Shown: positions 7,967 through 16,578, counted from the first letter of the stretch. The stretch: DNA of 32,000 bases from Pyrodictium occultum (GCF_001462395.1 NZ_LNTB01000001.1:30001-62000), one strand, 5' to 3'. Numbers and translations are program-made. The notes: generated by a model not told the origin, from the letters alone.

Positions 7967-9210
7967 CCAACCAGCCTCCAGCGGCCGAGGATCTGCCTGG
8001 AGATCGCTACCCTGGCGCCCTCCCATGCCGCCACAGGCTTGCGGAGCTTCACTTCGACCTCACCGCTGCCCGCCTTGGTGACTATGCCTAGGGTTATCGC
8101 TGTCCCAACAGTCAGCATCAGTATCTCCTTCGGGCGTATCGGCGTCACCTTGACGAACTCGCGTGCGCCGACAGCGCGCTCCAGGAGATGGTGCTCGAGC
8201 CTCAGGGTATCACGGACCGGGGGCAGGTGGCCAGGCTTCCCCACTATGTTGCCGACAAGATTGTCGGCCTTAGCTATGGATGGATCCAGCTTGGTGCCGA
8301 CGGCGACGAGGCCGCCGGGCTTAGCCTCCTCCACCTCCAGGCTGCCAAAGCGTAGGCTGGTCACCTCGGTTACTAGGGGCTCGTAGCGTACACGCCCCTT
8401 ATCCTCGACCCTCACGCCTGGGACTATCTCGACCTCGTCGCCCACGCGGAGGACGCCCTGTATCAGGGAGCCACCCACCACGCCTCCCTCCAGCTCCTCT
8501 ACCGGTGTTCCGGGTTTGTTTACATCGAAGCTCCTTGCCACGAACATTAGTGGAGGCTTTGATGGATCCCTCTTGGGAGTTGGTATGATGTACTCCATGG
8601 CCATGAGCACGGCGTCTATATTTATCTTGTGGAGCGCGCTGACCGGCATTATTGGAGCGCTCTCCGCGAATGTACCCCTAACAAACTCCTTTATCTCGCG
8701 GTAGCTCTCCCTGGCCCTCTCCGGGGTCACCACGTCTACCTTATTCTGCACTATCACGATGTCGTGGGTACCCACTATGTCGAGAGCCATCAAGTGCTCG
8801 TAGGTCTGGGGCTGGGGGCAGCGCTCATTGGCGGCAATCACTAGCAGCGCCCCGTCCATAAGCGCCGCGCCGGAGAGCATTGTGGCCATCAGTATCTCGT
8901 GGCCGGGCGCGTCCACGTAGGATACCCTCCTAAGCAGCTTGGGCACCGTACCCTCCGGGCATTTCTCCGGGAAGGGCTGGTAGGCCTCCGGGGGCTCGGC
9001 TCCCTCGCAGTACCAGACCTCGCCCTCGGCATAGCCGAGCTTTATTGTCATACCCCTCTTGAGCTCCTCGCTATGCCTGGCTGTCCAGACTCCGGTGAGG
9101 GCCTGCACCAGCGTGGTCTTGCCGTGGTCGACATGGCCCGCTGTACCTATATTCACCTCCGGCTGGCGCCGCCGCTGAGCCTCGATCTCGTCCATGTCGA
9201 GTCTCGCCAA
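7945..9210 (-). CDS. eif2g: Translation initiation factor aIF2 gamma subunit
   Basis: 421-aa ORF. GTPase motifs GHVDHGKTT, DAPGH and NKVD, plus the zinc-knuckle region. TTG at 9210 or an in-frame ATG at 9195 could be the start. Confidence 0.92.
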   Translation of the reverse strand: MARLDMDEIEAQRRRQPEVNIGTAGHVDHGKTTLVQALTGVWTARHSEELKRGMTIKLGYAEGEVWYCEGAEPPEAYQPFPEKCPEGTVPKLLRRVSYVDAPGHEILMATMLSGAALMDGALLVIAANERCPQPQTYEHLMALDIVGTHDIVIVQNKVDVVTPERARESYREIKEFVRGTFAESAPIMPVSALHKINIDAVLMAMEYIIPTPKRDPSKPPLMFVARSFDVNKPGTPVEELEGGVVGGSLIQGVLRVGDEVEIVPGVRVEDKGRVRYEPLVTEVTSLRFGSLEVEEAKPGGLVAVGTKLDPSIAKADNLVGNIVGKPGHLPPVRDTLRLEHHLLERAVGAREFVKVTPIRPKEILMLTVGTAITLGIVTKAGSGEVEVKLRKPVAAWEGARVAISRQILGRWRLVGWGLVKD

Positions 9211-9303
9211 TACTGCTACACCCCGCTTAGAGGCCTAGCAGCCGCTAAGGGAGTAAAGAAGGCTCGGCCCCGCTGGGGACGGACGCTGGGAGGGGCGAAG
9301 GGG

Positions 9304-9317
9304 GCTTAAAAATAAGG
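9304..9317 (-). terminator. Oligo-T terminator candidate after S6e
   Basis: Minus strand reads CCTTATTTTTAAGC, about 16 nt after the stop at 9333-9335. Confidence 0.4.
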
Positions 9318-9332
9318 CTGGGAGCGTGCTCC

Positions 9333-9989
9333 TCACCTACGCTCCTCCGAGTAGACTATCACAGTGTTTATCTGTACTATATCGTGGGATATCGTGTTGC
9401 CTCTGACGGTCTTCCTGCGCCTCTCCCCCTTCTCGCGCGGGTGGAAGCCCGGCGGGCCGGATAGCAGCACCCTCTTCTTCACAGGGCCTGGAATGGAGGG
9501 TATCATGGGGAAGCCGCTATTGTCGCTGCCTCCACGTATCCTCAGCTGGTAACCTCGAAGCCCGACTATACTGCCGTCAAACGTATCTCCTATCTTAAGG
9601 CCTATCAGCTGATCAGCCTGCGGGCTGCCTATAGCCACCTGCCACGCCTTGGCGCGGAACGCTTCGCCCTCAGCCTCCTCAGCCCCAACAGCGTCGCCCA
9701 GCCACTCGAGGCTTACACGCACCTCGTCCTCGGGAACCTCGGCGTCCGCCACCGCCTTGCAGGTATGCTTTATCTTCTTCTCCTCCTTCCTTATCCTAAT
9801 GGTTATTACTCTGTGGACTGCCCCCAGCTTCTCGAGGAGCTTGGGATTGGCCTTGCAGGTAGGCAGCTTACGCTGGCTCTTCTCCTCCTCGCCGCACTCT
9901 ATGTTCCCGTCGCCCTTGACCTTGACCTTTACTATCGGGGAGTCGGCCTTAGCCTGGGGGTCGGATATTACTATCTTGAACTCCGGCAT
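9333..9989 (-). CDS. rps6e: 30S ribosomal protein S6e (eS6)
   Basis: 218-aa ORF. N-terminal FKIVISDP and C-terminal GYQLRIRGGSDNSGFPM...RRKTVRGNTIS are S6e hallmarks. Carries an internal Lys/Glu-rich insertion. Confidence 0.85.
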   Translation of the reverse strand: MPEFKIVISDPQAKADSPIVKVKVKGDGNIECGEEEKSQRKLPTCKANPKLLEKLGAVHRVITIRIRKEEKKIKHTCKAVADAEVPEDEVRVSLEWLGDAVGAEEAEGEAFRAKAWQVAIGSPQADQLIGLKIGDTFDGSIVGLRGYQLRIRGGSDNSGFPMIPSIPGPVKKRVLLSGPPGFHPREKGERRRKTVRGNTISHDIVQINTVIVYSEERR

Positions 9990-10140
9990 GGCCCTTCTGC
10001 ACCTCCAGGGGGTTCATCCCCGGGCCCTGCAGGGGCCCAGCATCCCCTCCCTCTGCGGGAGGGGCCGTGCCAGGGCCGCCGTCGCCTCCCCTTATTTGCG
10101 CTGGCCCCATAGCCGCGGGAGGAGGCTGCCTAGGTGCAGG

Positions 10141-10146
10141 TTATAG
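10141..10146 (+). promoter_or_regulatory. TATA-like box for aIF5B
   Basis: TTATAG lies 38-43 nt upstream of the ATG at 10184. Confidence 0.4.
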
Positions 10147-10183
10147 TGGGGTGTCTGCTGCTCCTCGTTCTGGGTGGCGGGTG

Positions 10184-12007
10184 ATGCCCGGTAACGAGGC
10201 AGGAAAACAGCCCGGTAAACGGCTTAGACAGCCAATAGTTGTTGTACTAGGCCACGTAGACCATGGTAAGACCACGCTCCTGGACAAGATCCGCGGCACA
10301 GCGGTGACCGCCAAGGAGCCGGGGCTGATAACCCAGCACGTAGGCGCCAGCGTGGTGCCGGCAAGCGTTATAGAGAGGCTGGCCGAGCCGCTGAAGAAGA
10401 TAATACCGTTCAAGCTCATTATCCCAGGCCTGCTGTTCATTGATACCCCTGGGCACGAGCTGTTCAGCAACCTACGGCGCCGGGGCGGCAGCGTAGCCGA
10501 CTTCGCTATACTAGTGGTTGATATCAATGATGGCTTCCAGCCTCAGACCTACGAGTCCATAGAGATTCTTCGGCAGCGCCGCGTCCCATTCGTAGTAGCG
10601 GCTAACAAGATAGACAAGATACCGGGCTGGAAGCCTCACCCCGACACGCCCTTCATAATATCCTACCGCCAGCAGGCCAAGTGGGTCCAGGAGGAGCTCG
10701 AGAAGAAGCTATGGGACAACGTTATAGCTAAGCTCTACGAGCTCGGCTTCCAGGCCGAGCGCTTCGACAGAGTCAAGGACTTCACCAGGACGGTGGCCGT
10801 GGTCCCAATATCCGCTAAGACCGGCGAGGGGATAGCAGAGCTGCTAGCCGTGTTGGCAGGCCTTGCCCAGAGGTATCTACAGCACCGGCTGCGCTTCGCC
10901 GAGGGCCCGGCTAGGGGCGTTATACTGGAGCTGCGCGAGCAACCAGGCCTGGGTACCACAGCCGACGTGATAATTTATGACGGTGTGTTGAAGCGCGGCG
11001 ACCTGATAGTCACCGGCGGGCTCGAGGGCCCCATTATAACCAGGGTACGAGCCCTGCTGATGCCTAAGCCCCTCCAGGAGATACGTATTGCTAAGAGGGA
11101 GCTTGAGCCCGTCGGGGAGGTCTACGCGGCCGCGGGAGTGCGTGTCGTAGCACCGGAGCTGGAGAAGGCTGTGGCCGGTGCACCCCTCTACGTCGCCACC
11201 AGCGAGGAGGAGGCCAAGAAGCTGGCGGAGAGGGTTAGGCAGGAGATAGAGGCGCTGCGCATCAAGACTGAGGCCGAGGGCGTTATAGTCAAGGCCGACA
11301 CTCTTGGAAGCCTAGAGGCTATGGTCGAGGCACTCCGGAGGCGGGGTATACCGATACGATACGCCGACGTAGGGCCCGTGGCTAAGCGCGATGTCATAGA
11401 GGCTGTAGCCAGCAAGGAGATAAACAAGTTCTACGCCGTGATACTGGCATTTAACGTCAAGACGCTCCCCGAGGCGGAGGAGGAAGCCAAGAAGCATGAA
11501 ATACCCGTATTTAGGCATAACGTGATCTACCAGCTGCTGGAGGACTTCGAGAAGTGGTACCGGGAGCAGACGGAGGCCGAGAGGAGGAAGGAGCTAGAGC
11601 AGCTGGTACGCCCGGGTAAGATAAGGATATTGCCTGGCTACGTGTTCAGGCGCAGCAACCCGGCTATAGTAGGCATAGAGGTCCTCGGCGGGGTAATAAA
11701 GCCCGGCTACCCCTTGATGAGGGAGGATGGGAAGAGGATGGGAGTAATCCACCAGATCCAGGATCGCGGCAAGACCGTGCCGGAAGCTAGGGCCGGAATG
11801 GCGGTGGCCATATCGATAAAGGGGCACGTGATGGTGGGGAGGCATATAGATGAAGGCGATGTACTCTACACTGATGTCCCTGAGAAGCATGCTATAATGT
11901 GGCTTACCAAGTACAAGAGCGAGCTGAGCGATGACGAGAAGGTAGTCCTCAAGGAGATAATAAAGATAAAGAGGAGGCAGAATCCCGCCTTCGCTCTCAC
12001 AATATAG
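10184..12007 (+). CDS. infB: Translation initiation factor aIF5B (IF2 homologue)
   Basis: GHVDHGKTTLLD, DTPGH and NKID GTPase motifs, with the typical four-domain length. The open frame begins at 10067, but that extension is Pro/Gly/Ala-rich and includes the TATA box. The ATG at 10184 gives the usual short lead-in to the G1 motif. Confidence 0.92.
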   Translation: MPGNEAGKQPGKRLRQPIVVVLGHVDHGKTTLLDKIRGTAVTAKEPGLITQHVGASVVPASVIERLAEPLKKIIPFKLIIPGLLFIDTPGHELFSNLRRRGGSVADFAILVVDINDGFQPQTYESIEILRQRRVPFVVAANKIDKIPGWKPHPDTPFIISYRQQAKWVQEELEKKLWDNVIAKLYELGFQAERFDRVKDFTRTVAVVPISAKTGEGIAELLAVLAGLAQRYLQHRLRFAEGPARGVILELREQPGLGTTADVIIYDGVLKRGDLIVTGGLEGPIITRVRALLMPKPLQEIRIAKRELEPVGEVYAAAGVRVVAPELEKAVAGAPLYVATSEEEAKKLAERVRQEIEALRIKTEAEGVIVKADTLGSLEAMVEALRRRGIPIRYADVGPVAKRDVIEAVASKEINKFYAVILAFNVKTLPEAEEEAKKHEIPVFRHNVIYQLLEDFEKWYREQTEAERRKELEQLVRPGKIRILPGYVFRRSNPAIVGIEVLGGVIKPGYPLMREDGKRMGVIHQIQDRGKTVPEARAGMAVAISIKGHVMVGRHIDEGDVLYTDVPEKHAIMWLTKYKSELSDDEKVVLKEIIKIKRRQNPAFALTI

Positions 12008-12096
12008 CCGCTGCCAAGGCTTTCTACCGCAAGCCCTCCGCCGCCACCTCTCTCGAGGCGCCTTCTCCCTCATAATCTCGGCAGAGGGCTGGCCCC

Positions 12097-13839
12097 GTGG
12101 CTGTGGGAGAAGGGCTGCCGGCTAGGCTCCGGAATACTGTGGAGAGACTCTACATCCTCGGCGAGGCTCCTGCCGGCACCAGGGCGGAGCGGCTCCTGGC
12201 CGGGGAGGTAAGGGACCTCCTGCAAGGCGTAGGGGCTGACGCGAGGCTGCTACCAGTCCCGGTAGCCGCCTGGAGCGATGAGGGCTCCCTGGTGGCTGGC
12301 TGCGGCTTCGAGGCTGAGGCGGCTGCGTGGCCCGGCAGCCTCGGGGGCGAGGCCGAGGGGGAGGCAGTGGTACTCCGGGAGCCTGACGCCCCGCTCCCGG
12401 AGAGCCTGGAAGGCAGGGTTCTCGTGGCCGAGCTGCCACGGGATCCCGATAGGGCGCTCGCCCTCTACCGCTCAGCGGCCAGGCGCGGAGCCGCGGCCAT
12501 AGTCTTCTACGACTGGCTGCCGGGGAGGCTCCGTAGGATAGTCGTGACCGAGGCCCCGCTGTCCCTGGGCACGGCCGGGCTTGCGGGAGCGCCTGCAGTC
12601 CATGTTAGACGGGAGGACGCCTCCAGGCTCCTCGGCTGCAGGAGGCTCCGCGTCGTCCACGGCGGCAGAATGTGGAGGAGCTACGGCTACATCGTGGAGG
12701 CCGTCATCGAGGGCGGCGCCGACGGTCCGGAGGTAATGATTACCGCGCACCACGACCACTGGCTTGGCGGCGCCAACGACAACCTTGCAGGCGTGGCTGG
12801 GGTCCTGGCTCTGGCAGAGCTTCTCGCCAAGCGTCTCCGCGGCGCCGGGGGGCGTGTGAGGGTTGTGAGCTTCACTGCCGAGGAGTTCGGGGACCCGGGG
12901 CTCCCGGGCTGGTACTGGGCCTACGGCTCGAGGTTCTACGTTGACTCGCTCCGCTCTATGGGCCTGCTGGACGAGGTTCTCGCCGCGCTCAACCTCGACG
13001 TGGCGGCTTCGCCGGGGGTGCGGATACATGCAACCCCGCTGCTTGCCGGGCTTCTCCTGGAGCTGGCGGGCCGCCTGGGCCTGGGGCTAGACGCCACGGG
13101 CTACGATACAACTGATTCGGACAGCTTTAGCTTCTCAATGCAGGGGATAGAGGCAGCCACGCTCATGGGGTATGATGAGTGGCTCGAGTACTACCATAGT
13201 AGCCTCGATTCACCAGAGAGGCTCAACTATGGCGTGCTCGAGCGGGGGGTGAGGCTCTATGCTGAGGCTGCGGCCGAGCTGCTGAGGAGAGGATGGGAGA
13301 GCTTCCGCTACACGGACTACGCTAGGAGCATGCTAGAGCGGCTGAGCAGCACGCCAGTGCTGGCTGCAGTGCTCTACAAGCTCTATCGGGCGACCAGGGC
13401 TGCCGAGGAGAGGAGGCTCCACAGGGTGCTGGCTAGGGCGTATAGGGTAGTGAACCAGGTGCTCTGGACAGCCGTGTACGGCGAGAGGCCGGACGGCTCC
13501 TTCTGGCTTGACGCGGGGCTTGTCCTGGAGCCTCTCCAGCGCGATCTAGCCGATCTTAACGCCCTAAGGAAGACGTTGGAAAGGGGAGGCTGCGAGGAGG
13601 CGCTGACACTAGCAAGGGATATGGACGTTGCCCGCGTAACCGCGGGGGGCGAGGCGCTGCCCGCGCCAGGCGGGCTGCTGGCCAGCTTCCGGGGCGGCTG
13701 CGACAGGCTGGCCAGGGCCGTGGAGGCGGCTGGAGAGGCTCTACGCACTGCCTACTGGAGGCTGGCCTGGCGGGCTGCCGAGAGGCTTGAGGAGGCCTAC
13801 AGGATTGTGGAGGAGGCGCTCGAGGGAGCGGATCACTAG
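12097..13839 (+). CDS. M28-family zinc peptidase with a long C-terminal helical extension
   Basis: 580-aa ORF with a GTG start. ITAHHDHWLGGANDNLAGVAG, FTAEEFG and SDSFSF match M28 metal-ligand and catalytic motifs. The last 180 aa or so are Ala/Arg/Leu-rich and I do not recognise a family. Confidence 0.6.
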   Translation: MAVGEGLPARLRNTVERLYILGEAPAGTRAERLLAGEVRDLLQGVGADARLLPVPVAAWSDEGSLVAGCGFEAEAAAWPGSLGGEAEGEAVVLREPDAPLPESLEGRVLVAELPRDPDRALALYRSAARRGAAAIVFYDWLPGRLRRIVVTEAPLSLGTAGLAGAPAVHVRREDASRLLGCRRLRVVHGGRMWRSYGYIVEAVIEGGADGPEVMITAHHDHWLGGANDNLAGVAGVLALAELLAKRLRGAGGRVRVVSFTAEEFGDPGLPGWYWAYGSRFYVDSLRSMGLLDEVLAALNLDVAASPGVRIHATPLLAGLLLELAGRLGLGLDATGYDTTDSDSFSFSMQGIEAATLMGYDEWLEYYHSSLDSPERLNYGVLERGVRLYAEAAAELLRRGWESFRYTDYARSMLERLSSTPVLAAVLYKLYRATRAAEERRLHRVLARAYRVVNQVLWTAVYGERPDGSFWLDAGLVLEPLQRDLADLNALRKTLERGGCEEALTLARDMDVARVTAGGEALPAPGGLLASFRGGCDRLARAVEAAGEALRTAYWRLAWRAAERLEEAYRIVEEALEGADH

Positions 13840-14759
13840 GAGTGCATGGAGTACGGGTCCCTATATAGTATCTCGCCGGCCACCCTCCTGGCTAGCCCCC
13901 AGCCTATCACGCCCCTGCTATAGTCTACCAGCTTGCAGGCGTACTCCTCGCGGGCATACTCAAGGCCTATCCGCAGGTTCCTCTCTATCCCCTGCGCCGG
14001 GAGCCAGACCACCGCATCCAAGTGTATACCCGGTATGCCGGACTCAGCGGCCACCATCTGCCATGCCTTAACCGCCTCGGCCCGGTGCCGGGTGAACACG
14101 CGGTCGGGGGGCGCGTCAAGAAGCCCCGAGGCCGAGGTTAGCACTGCCATCCTCCGGTCGAGAGGCAGTGGTATGTCGTCCTTCCCGGAGACCTCGATGC
14201 CGAGAGCCCGGTAGGCGTAGTAGGCCATCTTGGCCGCGAAGACTATGGTCTTCTCCTCTAGGCGTGCACCGAGAGCCCCTGCCAGCTCGCGGACAAGGAG
14301 CCCGAGATTGCTGTACTTCCTGGGCTCCCTCAGCAGCTTCTCCAGCGCGGGGAGGGCGCGCTCAAGCCTACGAGCCTTCTGTAGGCCAACCATGCGGTTT
14401 CCGCGGCTCTCGGCGAGGAACTCCTTCATCTCTGTGACCAGCTCCCTGCCACTACCCGGCCGGGGCCGCTTCGAGGCCCAGCCGGCAAACTCCATCCAGT
14501 ACTTCTCGCCCGGCATGCTGAGGCGGTAGCTTATCAGCGCGTTAGCGGCTGCTAGCGCAACCGCCGCCTCGCCGTGGATCGATACGAGCTTCTTCACCGC
14601 GTGGTACTGGGGGTCATTCAGCTCTATCACGTCTATCGCTGAAGCCGGTGCCTCTCGGAGCACCGAGGCTAAAGCCTTTACCCTGTGAACGTTCACCGTA
14701 ATGGCCAAGGCTGCGGCACCGCTGCCGGGCTCCCAGGCTAGGTCAAGGGCACCGCACAT
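13836..14759 (-). CDS. Archaeal 8-oxoguanine DNA glycosylase/AP lyase (AGOG family)
   Basis: Segments match the remembered Pyrococcus AGOG: DPQYHAVKKLV, ANALISYRLSMPGEKYWMEFA, KTIVFAAKMAYYAYRA, IPLPLDRRM and ESGIPGIHLDAVVW. The start may be downstream of 14759 (see findings). Confidence 0.75.
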   Translation of the reverse strand: MCGALDLAWEPGSGAAALAITVNVHRVKALASVLREAPASAIDVIELNDPQYHAVKKLVSIHGEAAVALAAANALISYRLSMPGEKYWMEFAGWASKRPRPGSGRELVTEMKEFLAESRGNRMVGLQKARRLERALPALEKLLREPRKYSNLGLLVRELAGALGARLEEKTIVFAAKMAYYAYRALGIEVSGKDDIPLPLDRRMAVLTSASGLLDAPPDRVFTRHRAEAVKAWQMVAAESGIPGIHLDAVVWLPAQGIERNLRIGLEYAREEYACKLVDYSRGVIGWGLARRVAGEILYRDPYSMHS

Positions 14760-14924
14760 ATTATATTATATTAGGACACCCACGTACCCGGGCCCGGGGA
14801 GCCGGTGAGGATAGACACCGGCGTGAGCCCCCGCTCCTCCTGGCAGGCGTGAGCGGAGGGCTATGAGCAGGGTCGGCGTCGCCGAGGCTTAACGGCCCCC
14901 TCCTTGATGACGGGGGTTAAACGT

Positions 14925-14930
14925 CTATAG
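14925..14930 (+). promoter_or_regulatory. TATA-like box for the DHH phosphoesterase gene
   Basis: CTATAG lies 43-48 nt upstream of the GTG at 14973. Confidence 0.35.
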
Positions 14931-14972
14931 GGATGGGTCTGCTGCGCTACTGCTCCTAGGGGTGAGGCCTCT

Positions 14973-15971
14973 GTGAAGCAGCGCTACGCGGTGGTGACCC
15001 ACACCGATCTTGACGGAGTGGCGTCCGCCGCCATATACCTTAGGCTCGCGGGCGCGGAGCCGGATATAGATGCCAGCATCACGTTCACTGAGCCTTACAA
15101 GCTGCACCGGGTGCTACAGAACATAGACGGTGTGGATAGGCTCGCGATTATGGATCTAGGCCCTAACGCCGATACCTTCAACGATCTAGTAGAGGCCGTG
15201 GCCAGGCTCGTGGAGAGCGGGGTGAGGGTGGAGTGGTACGATCACCACCGCTGGGCGCCGGAGTGGGTGGAGAAGCTAAGCTCGCTGGGCGCGAGAATGC
15301 ATGTGGACACCTCTACATGTGGAGCCGGGGTTGTGGCTAAGTACGCGCCTGCAGAGCTTGAGGCGGAGCCCGACGGGGTCATCGAGCGGCTTGCCCGGGC
15401 CACTTGTGCCGCCGACCTCTGGAGGTGGGACGACCCTCTCGCCCCCAGGCTCTACCGCGTTGTCGACCGCTATCACGGGGCGAGGGGCGACCGGTGGAAG
15501 AGGGAGATACTCCGCGGCTTCTGGGAGGGCAGCCTCTGGTGGCCTGAGCTGGACGAGGCCCTCAACGAGTACCTTAAGAGGGAGTTCAGCGGCTTCAACG
15601 ATGCGCTGAGGAATGTAGTGGTAGCGGATATGCATGGCTGCCGGGCCGTGCTAGTGCTGAAGAGGCCTGGGCCCCCGAACGCCAGCATACTAGGCAACAG
15701 CCTCATCGACAGGCTCTCTGCCGACGTGGTAGCCATAGTGCGGCGCAGAGGGCGCGGTATAAGCCTGCGCTCCCGCCGAGTGAATGTGAGGGAGATAGCA
15801 TTCCGGCTCGGCGGGGGAGGCCACCCAAGAGCCGCGGGGGCGCCGCTGAAGATGCCCCTCCGCTACCGGCTCCTAGCCTTCTTCTGGCCGAAGGCTAGGC
15901 TCTACTACGCGAAGCACCTCATAGAGCAGGTGCTGGAGGACATCGGCGGATGCCCTGTTACGCAGGAATAG
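14973..15971 (+). CDS. DHH/DHHA1-family phosphoesterase (NrnA/RecJ-like, catalytic motifs intact)
   Basis: 332-aa ORF with a GTG start. Motif I THTDLDGVAS, motif II IMDLG, motif III WYDHHRW and DHHA1 motif GGGGHPRAAG are all present. Confidence 0.75.
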   Translation: MKQRYAVVTHTDLDGVASAAIYLRLAGAEPDIDASITFTEPYKLHRVLQNIDGVDRLAIMDLGPNADTFNDLVEAVARLVESGVRVEWYDHHRWAPEWVEKLSSLGARMHVDTSTCGAGVVAKYAPAELEAEPDGVIERLARATCAADLWRWDDPLAPRLYRVVDRYHGARGDRWKREILRGFWEGSLWWPELDEALNEYLKREFSGFNDALRNVVVADMHGCRAVLVLKRPGPPNASILGNSLIDRLSADVVAIVRRRGRGISLRSRRVNVREIAFRLGGGGHPRAAGAPLKMPLRYRLLAFFWPKARLYYAKHLIEQVLEDIGGCPVTQE

Positions 15972-16522
15972 ACCTTGCCGCCTCGCCCCGTAGGCCCACC
16001 GGCGTCGCTATAGTCTGTGGTGGCGGCGGGGGCAGGCTCGGGCTGGAGTCGGTGGGAATAGCGTACTCCGATCACGAGATTCTAGCTCTCATCCCCGCCG
16101 GGAGGGTTCTCGTAGCCGCTGTAGATGCGCCCCTCTCCCTCCCACCCCCCGGCCAGGGCTTCCGCCCGGTGGAGCGAAGACTCCTCTCCATGGGTGGGCG
16201 ACTCCTCCCCCTGAGCCTTGAGCCTATGAGGAAGCTCGCTGAGAGGGCTATACGACTCCAAGGCCTCCTTGAGGGTAAAGGCGTTAGGGTTGTGGAGACA
16301 CATCCCTCGACTGTCCTCCGGCTCAGTGGCTGCGGCTCCCACAGCCGCTTCTACGCCGCCTTCGGCGTAGAGGAGCCAGGAGGCCTCTCCAAGCACGAGA
16401 GAGACGCCCTGGTTGCAGCACTTGTAGCGTACTGCGTGGAAGCGGGCTGCGGCCTCGAGGTTCGGGAGGCCGGCGACACTGTATACATGGTGAAGCCGGG
16501 CACGTGCATATCCAGGCCATGA
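15950..16522 (+). CDS. DUF429-family protein (predicted RNase H-like fold nuclease)
   Basis: 190-aa ORF. GIDLAASP...VAAVDAPLSLP...VVETHPS...ERDALVAALVA pattern is typical of DUF429. The start lies 22 nt inside the DHH gene, which suggests translational coupling. Confidence 0.5.
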   Translation: MPCYAGIDLAASPRRPTGVAIVCGGGGGRLGLESVGIAYSDHEILALIPAGRVLVAAVDAPLSLPPPGQGFRPVERRLLSMGGRLLPLSLEPMRKLAERAIRLQGLLEGKGVRVVETHPSTVLRLSGCGSHSRFYAAFGVEEPGGLSKHERDALVAALVAYCVEAGCGLEVREAGDTVYMVKPGTCISRP

Positions 16523-16567
16523 TCCGGAGGCATGAGGCCGGAAGGGGCCTCCTCCCCATCACACTTG

Positions 16568-16578
16568 TTAATTTTTGG
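16568..16578 (+). terminator. Oligo-T terminator candidate after DUF429
   Basis: TTAATTTTTGG (T5 at 16572-16576) follows the hairpin GAGGCC-GGAAGG-GGCCTC, about 50 nt after the stop. Confidence 0.4.

Noticed and set aside
10067-10183. 39-codon N-terminal extension of aIF5B
   Set aside because: The peptide is Pro/Gly/Ala-rich with no homology signal, and the extension would contain the gene's own TATA-like box. The ATG at 10184 gives the normal distance to the G1 motif.
12472-13029. 185-aa antisense ORF inside the M28 peptidase gene. Similar cases are 19408-19965, 25920-26417, 9649-10146, 11594-12073, 31406-31855, 3851-4251 and 4885-5280
   Set aside because: All lie opposite or out of frame to well-supported genes. 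They translate to Arg/Pro/Ser/Ala/Gly-rich low-complexity sequence and are the expected stop-poor frames of GC-rich DNA. I recognised no family motifs in any of them.
14896-14972. Canonical C/D box sRNA seeded by UGAUGA at 14905-14910
   Set aside because: No CUGA D box or C'/D' pair at the expected 10-12 nt guide spacing, and no terminal stem pairing. I kept it only as part of a generic structured-spacer finding.
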